Positions 21,104 through 31,907 of a stretch of 64,000 bases of DNA are shown in pieces. Position numbers and translations under genes: made by a program. Origin of the DNA: a virus (Duplodnaviria; Caudoviricetes); the IMG/VR virus record IMGVR_UViG_3300013947_000028, positions 1 through 64,000 of that record. The stretch is one strand, 5' to 3'. The notes beneath the pieces are model-generated. The model ran no database searches and was not told the DNA's origin. It saw only the letters and a list, made by a program, of their open reading frames with translations. Every line of letters begins with the position of its first letter. The stretch's first letter is position 1.

Positions 21104-21758
21104 ACCAATTAATTGTTTGATTATATTTAAATTTTAATAATTTATTTATTTCATAAAAAATCTTACTAGACATAGGTTTATTAATCCTAGCATAGTAAGA
21201 TGGATGGTGTTCAGTAAGAATATAGTTAGTTTTTTTATTTATATATCTACCTAAATTCTTAGCTTCATTCCCAAAGAGGACATAAATTAAACCTGTCTCA
21301 TATTCTGATAAGTGTTTTAAAAAGGCAATCATAAACTGATACCATATCATCATATGAGAACTAGGTTTATTTATTTCTACAGTTAAAGAAGAGTTGAGCA
21401 TTAAGCAACCTTGTTTAGCCCAACTCTCTAAACTGGGATCAAAGATACAACTATCTTTTGGTACTTCCAAATCAATAGCAGCACTTTTTATAATTTGTAA
21501 AGATGATGATAACTTATTGTCATCTGTACTTGCATTATTACCAAATAATATTCCAGTAGCAACATTAGGTTGTGGATATGGGTCTTGACCTATAAAAATC
21601 ACTTTACAATCATGTAGACTACACAATCTAAAGGCTTTAAACACATGTGATTTATCTGGAGTGAAATTTGATAGTCTATCTAATTTATTTAGTACTTCAA
21701 AGAGAAGTTTTTTATCTATTACTTTTAACCAGTCTCCAAAGTACCCTTCTATAGTCAT
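21087..21758 (-). CDS. ung: Uracil-DNA glycosylase family 1
   Basis: GQDPY, WAKQG.LMLN.SLTV and HHPS motifs. Confidence 0.92.
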   Translation of the reverse strand: MTIEGYFGDWLKVIDKKLLFEVLNKLDRLSNFTPDKSHVFKAFRLCSLHDCKVIFIGQDPYPQPNVATGILFGNNASTDDNKLSSSLQIIKSAAIDLEVPKDSCIFDPSLESWAKQGCLMLNSSLTVEINKPSSHMMIWYQFMIAFLKHLSEYETGLIYVLFGNEAKNLGRYINKKTNYILTEHHPSYYARINKPMSSKIFYEINKLLKFKYNQTINWYEEIH

Positions 21759-22720
21759 AATTGTTTATTAACAATACAAGATTTTGCTATTTCCAATAAA
21801 GTATTTTGAATGCTTTCTTTCTGTATAGTAGGTACTTCAGGAATAATGATTTTATAGGGAGAATCTTCTTCTGTTCCCATTATACCTTCATAAATTACTT
21901 TAGTTACATAACTACAGTCAAACCCATCTTCTACATCTAAAGGGATAACATTATTATTATCATCATAGTTAATAATCTTCATAGGAAGATAAGCACAAGT
22001 TCTTAGCTTTCCATATTCTGAATTATGGGGCACTGCAACTACATCTGCAGGATTAACTAATACAGCAAGTCCTACACTACCAAAATAATTTTTCTTTAAC
22101 CATGTAGGAGAAGCAACATGTAATCCATTACTACACTCTACAGTACTATCACAATCACAATTACTTTTATCTAAAGTAACCATTTCACCTATTTTAATTG
22201 TGGTAGTATGGCTATAATGGTCTGTATAAACCCCTTCTTTGTTAGTGGTGTCTACATTTCTATAACCTACAAAGAACCCACATTTTGCAATTTTAAAACC
22301 ATGAACTTTAAGAAACCAAAAGAGATTATTTCTACAGTCTGTATCAGTATTTAATGACATTAATGTCCAAAAATTCTTATATGCAATAAGTTTAGGAACG
22401 TCATTACTTTGTTCTGCAACTAAAACTCTCTCAACTAATTCTTTAGGTAGAGAAAGCGATGAAATAGTGGGCCAATAAGCAGCCATACCTTTAAATGTAA
22501 GGTATTTTGACTTCTTAATTTGATGGATGTCATCAATAAGAGTTTCCCTTTCTTGAATTACTTCTTTATAAGTAGGAACCATTATTTTAATAATAGTTTC
22601 TTCTTTTTCAGCTTTTTGAAGTTGCTCCCATTCTTCATTGGTAACTTTCTTAGCTAAAATACTACCGTTAGGCAAGATCACAGTGACATGATCACCACAT
22701 TTAATTAGTTTCTTTTGCAT
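21755..22720 (-). CDS. rIIB-like protein
   Basis: CSNGLHV...VLVNPADVVAVP...KLRTCAY signature; directly follows an rIIA-like gene. Confidence 0.8.
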   Translation of the reverse strand: MQKKLIKCGDHVTVILPNGSILAKKVTNEEWEQLQKAEKEETIIKIMVPTYKEVIQERETLIDDIHQIKKSKYLTFKGMAAYWPTISSLSLPKELVERVLVAEQSNDVPKLIAYKNFWTLMSLNTDTDCRNNLFWFLKVHGFKIAKCGFFVGYRNVDTTNKEGVYTDHYSHTTTIKIGEMVTLDKSNCDCDSTVECSNGLHVASPTWLKKNYFGSVGLAVLVNPADVVAVPHNSEYGKLRTCAYLPMKIINYDDNNNVIPLDVEDGFDCSYVTKVIYEGIMGTEEDSPYKIIIPEVPTIQKESIQNTLLEIAKSCIVNKQL

Positions 22721-24927
22721 AGATTAATAATCATTGGATTAGTATGACAATTATGTAAAGTTGAGTAATTTACTCTATATTTACCTTCATTAATAGCCCT
22801 TGTAGAAATTAGTAAGGTAGTTAAATCATTATAACTATCTATACAATTTTTATAAGGAGAATAGTATTCTGTCCATATATCAAAATAGTTATTTGTTTCA
22901 TTAATTATCTTAGTAATCTCTAAATCTTTTTTAACCGTAAAAGATCTTACCATATACATATAATCACTATTATCAATTAATTTATCTGCTATAGCTTTAA
23001 TGTACTTAAATTTATCCCTTTCTTTCTTTGGTAAAGTTTTTATTAAAGTTCTAAACTTATTACAGAGGCTTTTAAAATTATAAACGTTTTTTATATCATC
23101 ATCAATAAGAGTAGCAGCTCCTATCAGTAAAGGATCTTTAGTAATATAATGTCGCTCATCAACTATACATTTAAGATGCATTTCCTTAATAGCTTTTACA
23201 GTACTACTTTTGGCTCTTATTAACATAAAGTTATGTGCCCTAGCAATCCAATACCAATATATAGGAGCTTGCAAATCTACTAAAATAATACCTTTCTTCC
23301 AAGTAGTAATGTAGTTTTTTACTTGTTGTAGGGTATTACAATAAATTCTATTTTTAGCTTCTGGGCCATAATGCTTATATATAATATATTCTTCAGGGAT
23401 TTTTTCTTTCTTTTTAGATTTAGACTGCTGTTGCTTAAATTCCAAGAATTCAGTATCTGTATCTAAATCTATTTTTATTACTTTACTGTCATAATAATTC
23501 CAAATTAAATCTTTAATTTCTTGTAGTTGAGCATCTGAAGAAATTAAGGTTTTATAATTATTAAATATTCTTTGAATGTTAGGATTTTTAAAAAAGTATT
23601 CTTTTGTAATAGCCTCAGTATAAGTATACTTAGGATATTTATAATTTAGCCACTCTCTTAAATTAGCAGTGAATTTTTTAAAGTTTTGTAAGGCTAAAAT
23701 GTATTTATAACTACAGCGTATTCTGTTTGAAGCACTAGAGATTATTTGCTTAGTATATAATTTCTCATTTACAAAAAGACCTCTATAACAGGGTACTTTA
23801 CTATATAATAATGTTTCTAACATACGATTAACATCATCACTATACATTTTACCCTTGTATGAAATTTTAGTAGCTTTAGTATAATATCCTAAAAAGGAAA
23901 TGTAAGGTTTTAAGAAATGACTAGTATTTCTTATAGGATCATAAGCAAAATTTGTGTTGTTATAAAAACAATAATCAGAAAGGTCATCATAATCGTGCCT
24001 AATTGATTTTTGAGCTAAATCCTCTAACTCTTTTCCTGCTTTGTGTATTTTATCGTTAATTATATTAATTGTTTTTGTAGTGTAGATAATTGCTTCTCTA
24101 TTAGGGGTAACTTCTAGTTCCCCTACATTAAAGGTAAAAGCAATTCCTGAATGTACTATTTTATTTAAAATTACTTTACTTTCATCATCTAACACTGACT
24201 CTTTTAAAGGATATAATACATTCCCCAACAGAAGTTTATCTACTAATACATTAGCTGCTGCAAAATTGTTTTTCCTACAAATTTTAGCTGTATTAATGAT
24301 GCATGTATCAGTAAGACCTGTTACATATACATTAGGAAAAAAGACAATAGAATCTAGGGCTTTTTCAAATTTTTGTATCTTATGAATAGATTCTATACCC
24401 ATAATACTAACTTCAACACCATTTTTTTCTGTAGTAGAAGTTTCACTGACCAAATGTGTAGTAATAGTATTACCATCTTTAGTCATAATATAAGTATATG
24501 CAGTGCCTTTATAATAGGAAATAATAGTTACACTATTAGAACAAGCTAAGGCACTGTATCTACCTATACCAAATCCACCTATAAATTCATTGCTGTCTCT
24601 TTTAGTACTACTACCAATATTACAAAAAATAGTTTTAAATCTTTCAGGACTCAAGCCAGTACCAAAATCTCTAATAGTAACTAAATACGGAAAAGTTGTT
24701 TTATCAAATTTAATAATTATAGGGGTATCAGTAGTTCCTGCTTCTATATGACTATCCCAAGCATTACTAACAATTTCTCTTATAAAAGATTGTTCAGGAT
24801 TTGAGTATAAATTAGAAGATAACAATGTAGTAATGAAATCTAGATTTTTAGGATCTATTGATGTTTTAAATTCCTTAATGTCTCCTATTACTTGGGTATT
24901 ATCTTTTTGTGAATAATTGATAATCAT
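22705..24927 (-). CDS. rIIA-like protein (N-terminal GHKL ATPase)
   Basis: LYSN..REIVSNAWDSH, RDFGTGL, STKR and IGGFGIG motifs. Confidence 0.82.
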   Translation of the reverse strand: MIINYSQKDNTQVIGDIKEFKTSIDPKNLDFITTLLSSNLYSNPEQSFIREIVSNAWDSHIEAGTTDTPIIIKFDKTTFPYLVTIRDFGTGLSPERFKTIFCNIGSSTKRDSNEFIGGFGIGRYSALACSNSVTIISYYKGTAYTYIMTKDGNTITTHLVSETSTTEKNGVEVSIMGIESIHKIQKFEKALDSIVFFPNVYVTGLTDTCIINTAKICRKNNFAAANVLVDKLLLGNVLYPLKESVLDDESKVILNKIVHSGIAFTFNVGELEVTPNREAIIYTTKTINIINDKIHKAGKELEDLAQKSIRHDYDDLSDYCFYNNTNFAYDPIRNTSHFLKPYISFLGYYTKATKISYKGKMYSDDVNRMLETLLYSKVPCYRGLFVNEKLYTKQIISSASNRIRCSYKYILALQNFKKFTANLREWLNYKYPKYTYTEAITKEYFFKNPNIQRIFNNYKTLISSDAQLQEIKDLIWNYYDSKVIKIDLDTDTEFLEFKQQQSKSKKKEKIPEEYIIYKHYGPEAKNRIYCNTLQQVKNYITTWKKGIILVDLQAPIYWYWIARAHNFMLIRAKSSTVKAIKEMHLKCIVDERHYITKDPLLIGAATLIDDDIKNVYNFKSLCNKFRTLIKTLPKKERDKFKYIKAIADKLIDNSDYMYMVRSFTVKKDLEITKIINETNNYFDIWTEYYSPYKNCIDSYNDLTTLLISTRAINEGKYRVNYSTLHNCHTNPMIINLCKRN

Positions 24928-24957
24928 AAGTTAAAGCTTTATTGTTAGTATAATATA

Positions 24958-24984
24958 AAGGGTGAGTAATAACTACTCACCCTT
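24958..24984 (-). terminator. Hairpin between the primase cluster and rIIA
   Basis: AAGGGTGAGTA/TACTCACCCTT stem. Confidence 0.55.
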
Positions 24985-24990
24985 ATAATA

Positions 24991-25239
24991 TTACTGATTA
25001 ATATAATTCACTTCTGAAGAAAGCAGAATATGCTTTTTTGATAGCACTTCTAAAAGTTTATTAAACTTATTGTCAGAAGTGGGGACTGGCTTTTTCTTCA
25101 TTTGCTTAAGTGCTTTCTTGCTAATAAGACTAAGTAAATTATCACTGCTTATTCTTGTATAGATATCTCCAAAAGTATTTTTTACTTCTTCCTGTAAATT
25201 AAGTGCTCTAATTTTATTGTAAACTTCTGTTCTATTCAT
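24991..25239 (-). CDS. Hypothetical protein
   Basis: 82 aa ORF coupled to the primase. Confidence 0.55.
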   Translation of the reverse strand: MNRTEVYNKIRALNLQEEVKNTFGDIYTRISSDNLLSLISKKALKQMKKKPVPTSDNKFNKLLEVLSKKHILLSSEVNYINQ

Positions 25240-26233
25240 TTTTTTGTAATTTAAAAAGTGGTTTAATAAAAGTAATAAATCTCTCTTTACCTAATACTTT
25301 TCTAGCATCACTAATATCCTTACCTCCCTCAAATTGAGGTAATATAATATTGGTAAAACCAGTTTTTGTAGCCAATTTAATAGAATCTTCTAAGCCAGCT
25401 TTATCATTATCATAGCATATGAATATATGTGTAAATCTCCTTTTTAATTCTTTAATCGCAGTTCTACTAATATCATAACCTTCTCCTTGAGGAGCTATAC
25501 AAGGTATTCCTGAAGTAGACCACAAACAAAGAGCATCTTTAAGAGAGGAACAAATACATATAACATTTCCTTTTTCTGGTAATTTACTCCATAATGATAT
25601 AACTGATTTATCAAATTGACTTGTCCATTTAAATCCTTCTTTATTTAAAGGTTGATAAATTTTTATTTTTAACTTATTCCCCTTATATTCAGTATAAACA
25701 TAAGCTAGTTTATCAGCTTTAAAAGTATAAGTTTTACCATGTTTATATATCATATAATGAGAAATAGGGTGAACTCCTGCATATTTTAGCCATGCTAAAG
25801 AAATACCATATTCTTTCCAGTAATTAATATCATCATCATTCCATTGTCTGACCTTACACTTAAGGTTTACATGAGATTTTTTAGCTATATGAACATCGGT
25901 AGAACTCTTATGACTTGAATATATGGTGGTATTAATAACTTGAAATTTAGGTATATCTTTATAAATCTTGTCTATACAATCTTGATAACTACAATTCCAG
26001 AGTTTACTTAATAAAGTAAATAAGTTACCCCCTTCTTTAGTAGCGAAGTCAGTATAGCAAATTTTTTCACCATTAGGAGAATATAATCCAAAAGAAGGAT
26101 TTTTATCTTGTCTTAGTGGTGATGGTATTACACATGGTACTTGATTAATATTTAAGTAAAATGAGAGAATCTCAGATTCACTCACTTTACTTAATATATT
26201 ACTCAAGCATATACTTGAGTTACATTTAAACAT
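25232..26233 (-). CDS. DNA primase (DnaG-like, Toprim)
   Basis: SPLRQDKNPSF; S.KDA; YDNDKAG (DxD); KDISD. Confidence 0.85.
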   Translation of the reverse strand: MFKCNSSICLSNILSKVSESEILSFYLNINQVPCVIPSPLRQDKNPSFGLYSPNGEKICYTDFATKEGGNLFTLLSKLWNCSYQDCIDKIYKDIPKFQVINTTIYSSHKSSTDVHIAKKSHVNLKCKVRQWNDDDINYWKEYGISLAWLKYAGVHPISHYMIYKHGKTYTFKADKLAYVYTEYKGNKLKIKIYQPLNKEGFKWTSQFDKSVISLWSKLPEKGNVICICSSLKDALCLWSTSGIPCIAPQGEGYDISRTAIKELKRRFTHIFICYDNDKAGLEDSIKLATKTGFTNIILPQFEGGKDISDARKVLGKERFITFIKPLFKLQKNE

Positions 26234-27222
26234 TATTCTTTAAACCAAGGATTATTATTAGTATTATTATCAGGAGCAGGGAAAGGATTATTTTCAGGAG
26301 TACTGAGATCTGTAGGAGTTACAGTATATTCATGAATAGGCTCGCCATCATATTCTTGATTAGCAAGTCCTCCATTAGCTTTTCTATCTGTAATATCCTT
26401 AATAATATTATTGACATTACGAGAATTAGCTCTTGCTACTACATTAGTATATACTGTTTGATAAGTACCCTTATCCGTAGTTCTTACACCATATACCATC
26501 TTCAAAGTATTCTCAGGCATCAATTTAGGTACATCTTTAATTTCTGCAAAGTTATTAGTAAAGAAAGACTTTACTTCTACAGCACATTCACAATCTTCAG
26601 GAAGTTCCTTTTTATTAATTACCCATTGATTATTTTCATAAGTAATATGCTCCTTAATGTTCAAGTAAGCCTTAATAAATTCAATCAAAGCAATTTCTCC
26701 CTGATAAGCAGGACGATAATCTGTTGTAATTCTTAGATTATTACCTGCACTAGACTTTAGTTGAGTATGGTTTTTGCATTCTTCTTGAGTAGCCCAACCA
26801 CTATAACCATATTTATCAATTACTTGTACCTTAGTCTTATCTCTATTATAACGATAAGAATCTCTAATGAAGAAAGTTGCATCTACAATACCTCCAATAG
26901 GATTTCCTTCAGTATCCAAAGGTTGTACATAGAATGTTACTCTTGCAAATTTTACTCCATTTTCATCAGTACCTGTATATTCAGGAATCTTTTCACTTGA
27001 AATACCAAGAAGGTTGTTACGTTCTTCCATAGTAGGATTAACAGCGAGTACCTTAGTGTTTGCCCAACCAATGTAATTCTTATAAATAGGTGCTTCTTCT
27101 ACTTTGTTTGCTTTAAATGCCATAAATGCGAAATTGTTAGTTTTTGAATTATTATCTGAATTGTTATTTGACTTATTTGAGTTGTTGAAAAGATTTTTGA
27201 TGTTTGAAATAAAAGTCTTCAT
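26233..27222 (-). CDS. Probable single-stranded DNA-binding protein (crAss type)
   Basis: Position next to the primase; low-complexity tail ending NNPWFKE. Confidence 0.5.
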   Translation of the reverse strand: MKTFISNIKNLFNNSNKSNNNSDNNSKTNNFAFMAFKANKVEEAPIYKNYIGWANTKVLAVNPTMEERNNLLGISSEKIPEYTGTDENGVKFARVTFYVQPLDTEGNPIGGIVDATFFIRDSYRYNRDKTKVQVIDKYGYSGWATQEECKNHTQLKSSAGNNLRITTDYRPAYQGEIALIEFIKAYLNIKEHITYENNQWVINKKELPEDCECAVEVKSFFTNNFAEIKDVPKLMPENTLKMVYGVRTTDKGTYQTVYTNVVARANSRNVNNIIKDITDRKANGGLANQEYDGEPIHEYTVTPTDLSTPENNPFPAPDNNTNNNPWFKE

Positions 27223-27468
27223 AATGTTTAAAGTTTATTAAATTATTAATGTTATTATTATTTTTTAAGAATTATTAAGAGAAATAATTTGGAACTTATC
27301 GCCGTAAAGTATATTTTATTATATTATACTATAATAATAGTAAACTTTATCTTATTAAAAGAAGTTCTTTTTAGTCTCTTTCTTTTGTTACTTTTCTTTC
27401 TCCCTTTTTCTGTAAGTGGTTTATTTTTCTTGCATAAAGGGAAAAGTGTTCTATTTTTCTAATGTTAA

Positions 27469-27933
27469 TTATTCTTCAAATGGCATATCTGAAGTAGGTT
27501 CTTTAGCTGCATCTATAGCTTGTTGTGTCATAAATTCTTCAAAAACTTCTTTTGCTTCTTCACTATTGTCTACTTTTACTTCTTGACTGCTATTTTGACT
27601 TTGGGTAGAAGCAGCTAAATTATTAATGGTTTTTTCTATTTCGGTATCATTGGGTTCTTTTGTAGGAGGAACAATAGTATCAGGATATTTTAGTACCCAT
27701 TTAGTTGAATTATTAGTAGTTACTTTTTCTAGAAGGTCTTCTGTAGAATAGCCAAATCTTTCTTTAATTGGGGCTTCCCATTTATCAATAGTCTCTTCTA
27801 GATTATCAAGTTCTTTATAAAGCTCTTCAATTTTAACTTTAAGTTTATTCTTTTTAGTTACTAGTGTGTTTACTGTTTTAGCAGTACTCTTCAATGCTAC
27901 AATCTCAAATGACTTAAATTCAGAAGTGTTCAT
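27469..27933 (-). CDS. Coiled-coil hypothetical protein with acidic DMPF tail
   Basis: 154 aa ORF. Confidence 0.55.
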   Translation of the reverse strand: MNTSEFKSFEIVALKSTAKTVNTLVTKKNKLKVKIEELYKELDNLEETIDKWEAPIKERFGYSTEDLLEKVTTNNSTKWVLKYPDTIVPPTKEPNDTEIEKTINNLAASTQSQNSSQEVKVDNSEEAKEVFEEFMTQQAIDAAKEPTSDMPFEE

Positions 27934-27954
27934 AATGTTTAAATGTTTAGTGGA

Positions 27955-28245
27955 TTAAATATAGAAAAATAGTAACTTATCTGTTTTATCTTTTAAACTA
28001 CAAATATGATATTTAGCTACAAAATGCTGTATTGCAACACTAATACATTGTTCTAAAGTTATAAAAGGATTAGTATAGCAACACTGAAGTAATTCATTAA
28101 TAAATTGTCTATTATATGCAGGTTTTACCTCCTCTATGTATTCAATTAATAATGCATTAGCAGCTGTTTTTGAAATAGCTTCTTTTTTATTTATTTTACT
28201 TAAGTAATATTTAAAAAAAGTTTCTTTATCCATTATAATAGTCAT
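27955..28245 (-). CDS. Hypothetical protein
   Basis: 96 aa ORF. Confidence 0.5.
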   Translation of the reverse strand: MTIIMDKETFFKYYLSKINKKEAISKTAANALLIEYIEEVKPAYNRQFINELLQCCYTNPFITLEQCISVAIQHFVAKYHICSLKDKTDKLLFFYI

Positions 28246-28909
28246 TCATAATTTCTGTAACTTTACCTAAATCATTAGGAATAAAGTCTTCTCCAAACAT
28301 ATCTGCAGGAGTTTTAGCAGGTATTTCTACATTACCATCCATACATCTATGTGTATAAAATCCATAAATAGGTTGTTTATTTTCATCATATTTTACTGCT
28401 GAAAATAGTAGCATAGGCACTACTTCTACAGGATTATAACTATTATCAATCAATTTACCTACAGTTGAAGGTTTATAACCTACAATAGTATTATCAGAGA
28501 CTACTTCTTCACAATGCATAATAAAGAAAATATTTAAATCTTCTCTCATATTTTCAGCAGTTTGAATAATACTTTGAAAATGAGCAGCCATATCCGTATA
28601 TTTATTAAAGCCAGTCTGTTTGGCTGTTCTAAAGTATTCTTTTCTCATTACATAAGTCATATCATCTATGATAATATTCTTTACATAATTTGCATTTTTA
28701 TCAATACCTTGAAGATAGCCAACTATTTGGTTATAATCATCAAGATTAAAGAGATTTTTATTTTCTTCATTATATAGTTTATTACTGCCTTTAAAAGGCA
28801 ATCTTTTCTTTAGTACATTAAAAATTACTGTTGTTTTAGGGTCAAGTGTTTTGATTGAAGTTGATTTACCACTACCACTTTTACCCATAATCAAACATAC
28901 ATTTGCCAT
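28226..28909 (-). CDS. AAA ATPase (AAA_24/Sak4-like)
   Basis: GKSGSGKS Walker A; IIIDD Walker B; AKTP and IPNDL motifs. Confidence 0.85.
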   Translation of the reverse strand: MANVCLIMGKSGSGKSTSIKTLDPKTTVIFNVLKKRLPFKGSNKLYNEENKNLFNLDDYNQIVGYLQGIDKNANYVKNIIIDDMTYVMRKEYFRTAKQTGFNKYTDMAAHFQSIIQTAENMREDLNIFFIMHCEEVVSDNTIVGYKPSTVGKLIDNSYNPVEVVPMLLFSAVKYDENKQPIYGFYTHRCMDGNVEIPAKTPADMFGEDFIPNDLGKVTEIMNDYYNG

Positions 28910-28962
28910 TTTACCTAAAATTTTAATTGTGTTTATAATGTTGTTTACTAATAAAAGGAGTG

Positions 28963-28970
28963 CAAAGATA
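28963..28970 (-). promoter_or_regulatory. TATCTTTG(CA) -7 promoter element
   Basis: TAnnTTTG upstream of the AAA ATPase gene. Confidence 0.65.
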
Positions 28971-28982
28971 ATTATTTATAAA

Positions 28983-31454
28983 TTATTCTTGTACTCCTTT
29001 TGAAAATATTTTAGCCACAAAAGCTATAAAAGAATGCTCTTTATTAGTTTTATTATTGTTACCCTTGTTATTTTCTCTGATTTGTTTAAGGTGCTGATAT
29101 ATTTTAGCCATTCCTGATGTATCAGTGGGTAAAGGTGCTTCTTTGAACCAATTAATAGCACCATCAAATATTAATGGGCATATACCATTACTTTGTCCGC
29201 TTCTATTTAAAACTATTTCCATAATTCTGAAATTACCTCTTAATTTAGTAATATCATCAATTTGTTTATATATAGGCTCTTTATCCTATATTTCTATACT
29301 TTATGTATTATATGTATAGTTCAGACTATCTCTTCTATAACCACTAAATATTGGTATATATAGGTTATAGCTTCGCACTCTTGGCACTTCATATTCTTCA
29401 ACACCACTTGTTAAGAACGTTTGTACTAGTCGTTGTTCCTTTATAGTATTTCTACTATACTTGGATAAGGGTTGCCATTTAACAACGATGGTTTTCCCAG
29501 ATTCACGAAGTTTTATTAGGACAGATCTTATATTTTAAAGAATCAATTATATAAGGTTTTACTATATTTATAAATGTATTAACACTGCATTTTTTTATTT
29601 TTAATATGGGCATATTGTTTTGTAAGTAGACATTTGATATTAAATTAAATCTGCCTAATAAGAAATAACTAAAATTTTCTACTTCTTTAATTGTAAAACT
29701 TTGCATAGAGAATATAAATCCATTAATTTCTCCTGTATTTTGATTAATAGTTTTACTACCATCATCCATAAAATGAAATGCTAAAGCTTCTTTGGTATAA
29801 TATTTATTTAAAAAGTCAAATGGTATTATTTTTTTATTATTCTTATAAAAGATAGCTTTAAGCTCAGTTAGTTTTTTACTACTGTTTATTCTAACTTCAC
29901 TTTGTTGCTGCTCTTTAATTAATTTATTATTAAGAATATTATTTTTAATGGAGATACATTTTATACTACAGTTAGTATGTAAGAAACAATAGTATATATA
30001 TTCTGAGTATCTTTTTTGTTTTGGTCCATGTCTAACTATAAAACGACAAGTTTTATTTTGACAATATAAAGTGCCATCACCCAATAATATTCCGCATAGT
30101 ATTGTTAATTGTCTTTTACTAAAAACATAATGAGTACCTATTTTTCTTTTTACATTTCTAAGTTCTAACATATTATTTCTTCTAAAATACTCTCTTAATG
30201 TATAAGTATTTATCTTAGTGATTTTAGAAATTTCTTTAGCAGTATACCCTTTTCTAATTAAATTGGCAATAAGTTTACTATTTTTTTCAGCTTGTTTGCC
30301 TCTATTACTAGGTAAATTATGTTTTTTTCTATAATTATATATAGTCCCAGGAGGAAATTTTAATTTTTTCTCTATTTCAACATCTAATTTACCAGTATTA
30401 TACATAGTTAATACTTTTTGTTTTATAGCTTCAGTATTTATATATTTTGCAGTCATAATTAATAGTTTAAAATTATATTGCAAATATATAAATAATTTTT
30501 AATTAACTAAATATATTTATTCTTTTTATTATAACTTTATCCTAAGTATTCAGGTAATTCCCAAAAATATGGATTAGTTAAACCTATCATTACATCCAAA
30601 TCTCTTGCAGTATACTTTGAATCTGCCAGAGCTGATGGAGTAGGTCTAATTTTATTAGCTTTAAATGCCTCTAATGAAGTACTTTCAGTGGATTGTTGTT
30701 GAACAACTACAGGAATATAATGATATCTATTTCTTAATAATACCATATATTCACTAAGCTTATTGATAGCTTCTCTTAATGAAAGTTTTAACTCTGGTTC
30801 TATTAAACTAACATGATCTATGATTATAAATACATACTCATTAGAATTATTTGGCTCATAGTAATCAAATGCATCTGTTTCTCTTACTACTCCAAAATCA
30901 TCAGTATATTTGCTCTTTTTATAATGAGTTACACCATGTGCATTGGCATAAGAGCTAACGTCTTTCCATACTGCTGTAGGATTTCTACCAGTTTTAAATT
31001 CAACAACTTCTTCATAATAATCTATTATATCGGTATATTTTTTACTATTTAATAGTTCTATTATTTTATTATCAACAGGTTTATCTTTATCAGTAGAAGA
31101 TAAATCTGTAGGACTAATTCTTATATTATCAAATAAATATAAGAGAAATGACATAAATCTAAGAGTTATATTTTCTTTTGTTTCCTCAAGATTATAATAA
31201 AATATCTTAGGTTTTATGATATTAGGATGATAAAAAGAATATAGAATAGTATTATAGATAAATATATAATTGGTAAACTGAGTTTTACTACCTTTTGTTG
31301 CAGCCGTTATCAAGTAGTATTTACCTTGTTCTATGCCAGGAAATTCTTCTTTAAACCTATTAAATGGTAAAGGAATACAATTTATCTCACCTTGAAGAAC
31401 TTTATTTCTACGTTCCTCAAGGTGATTAATTATTCTTTCTCTTAGACTATTCAT
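28983..31454 (-). CDS. dnaB: DnaB-like replicative helicase, 2 exons (31454-30539, 29257-28983; 396 aa)
   Basis: Variant Walker A TKGSKT; IIIDH, VVQQ and LADS..T.RD motifs. Splicing restores YLG-Y-DITKLRGNFRIMEIVLNRSG. Confidence 0.85.
29503..30456 (-). CDS. LAGLIDADG (two-motif) homing endonuclease with N-terminal HTH repeats
   Basis: GILLGDG and FHFMDDG. ATG 30456 is preferred because a promoter overlaps the track's TTG start. Confidence 0.88.
   Translation of the reverse strand: MTAKYINTEAIKQKVLTMYNTGKLDVEIEKKLKFPPGTIYNYRKKHNLPSNRGKQAEKNSKLIANLIRKGYTAKEISKITKINTYTLREYFRRNNMLELRNVKRKIGTHYVFSKRQLTILCGILLGDGTLYCQNKTCRFIVRHGPKQKRYSEYIYYCFLHTNCSIKCISIKNNILNNKLIKEQQQSEVRINSSKKLTELKAIFYKNNKKIIPFDFLNKYYTKEALAFHFMDDGSKTINQNTGEINGFIFSMQSFTIKEVENFSYFLLGRFNLISNVYLQNNMPILKIKKCSVNTFINIVKPYIIDSLKYKICPNKTS
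30481..30488 (-). promoter_or_regulatory. Intron-internal TATATTTG(CA) promoter for the LAGLIDADG gene
   Basis: TAnnTTTG 25 nt upstream of ATG 30456. Confidence 0.65.
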
Positions 31455-31869
31455 TAGGGAATTTATTTCTGATTAGTTTATTGATATAAGTTATTTGATG
31501 CTTAATCATTTTATTACAGAATTGAATAGTATTCATCATGATTATTGCATCTTTTATTGCTTTATCATTATTGAAATCTTTTGTAGTTGCATTATTAAGA
31601 ATAGCATTTGTTATTTTTTCTTTAATACTCTCATACATTTTCATTTCAGCTTTAGCTCTAGCTAATGTTTTACCATATTCAACATCATAATCTTGTGTAC
31701 TTTCTACGCTTCTAGCTATAGTTACTATATGTAATTTATCTATAACTTTACTTCTAAAACGCATTACTGCTGTTATATTACATACAGTGACTCCTTCAGA
31801 ATTAAAAGAGCCATAATTAATGTTTTCAATAGTTGCTACAAAACGATTGTCCTTACTAATCTTTTCCAT
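31447..31869 (-). CDS. Hypothetical protein (D.YD.E.GK.LA..KA phage family)
   Basis: 140 aa ORF. Confidence 0.55.
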   Translation of the reverse strand: MEKISKDNRFVATIENINYGSFNSEGVTVCNITAVMRFRSKVIDKLHIVTIARSVESTQDYDVEYGKTLARAKAEMKMYESIKEKITNAILNNATTKDFNNDKAIKDAIIMMNTIQFCNKMIKHQITYINKLIRNKFPNE

Positions 31870-31907
31870 TTTATCTAAAATTTTAGTTGTTGATTATTTT
31901 ATTAAGA

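Larger units (their letters stand above)
29258..30538 (-). mobile_element. Group I intron in dnaB with a LAGLIDADG ORF in loop L1
   Basis: P1 UUAGGAU/GUCCUAA, with the IGS at about 29516-29522; AACGACUA and AGAUAGUCUG; U at the 5' splice site and G at the 3' end. Confidence 0.9.
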
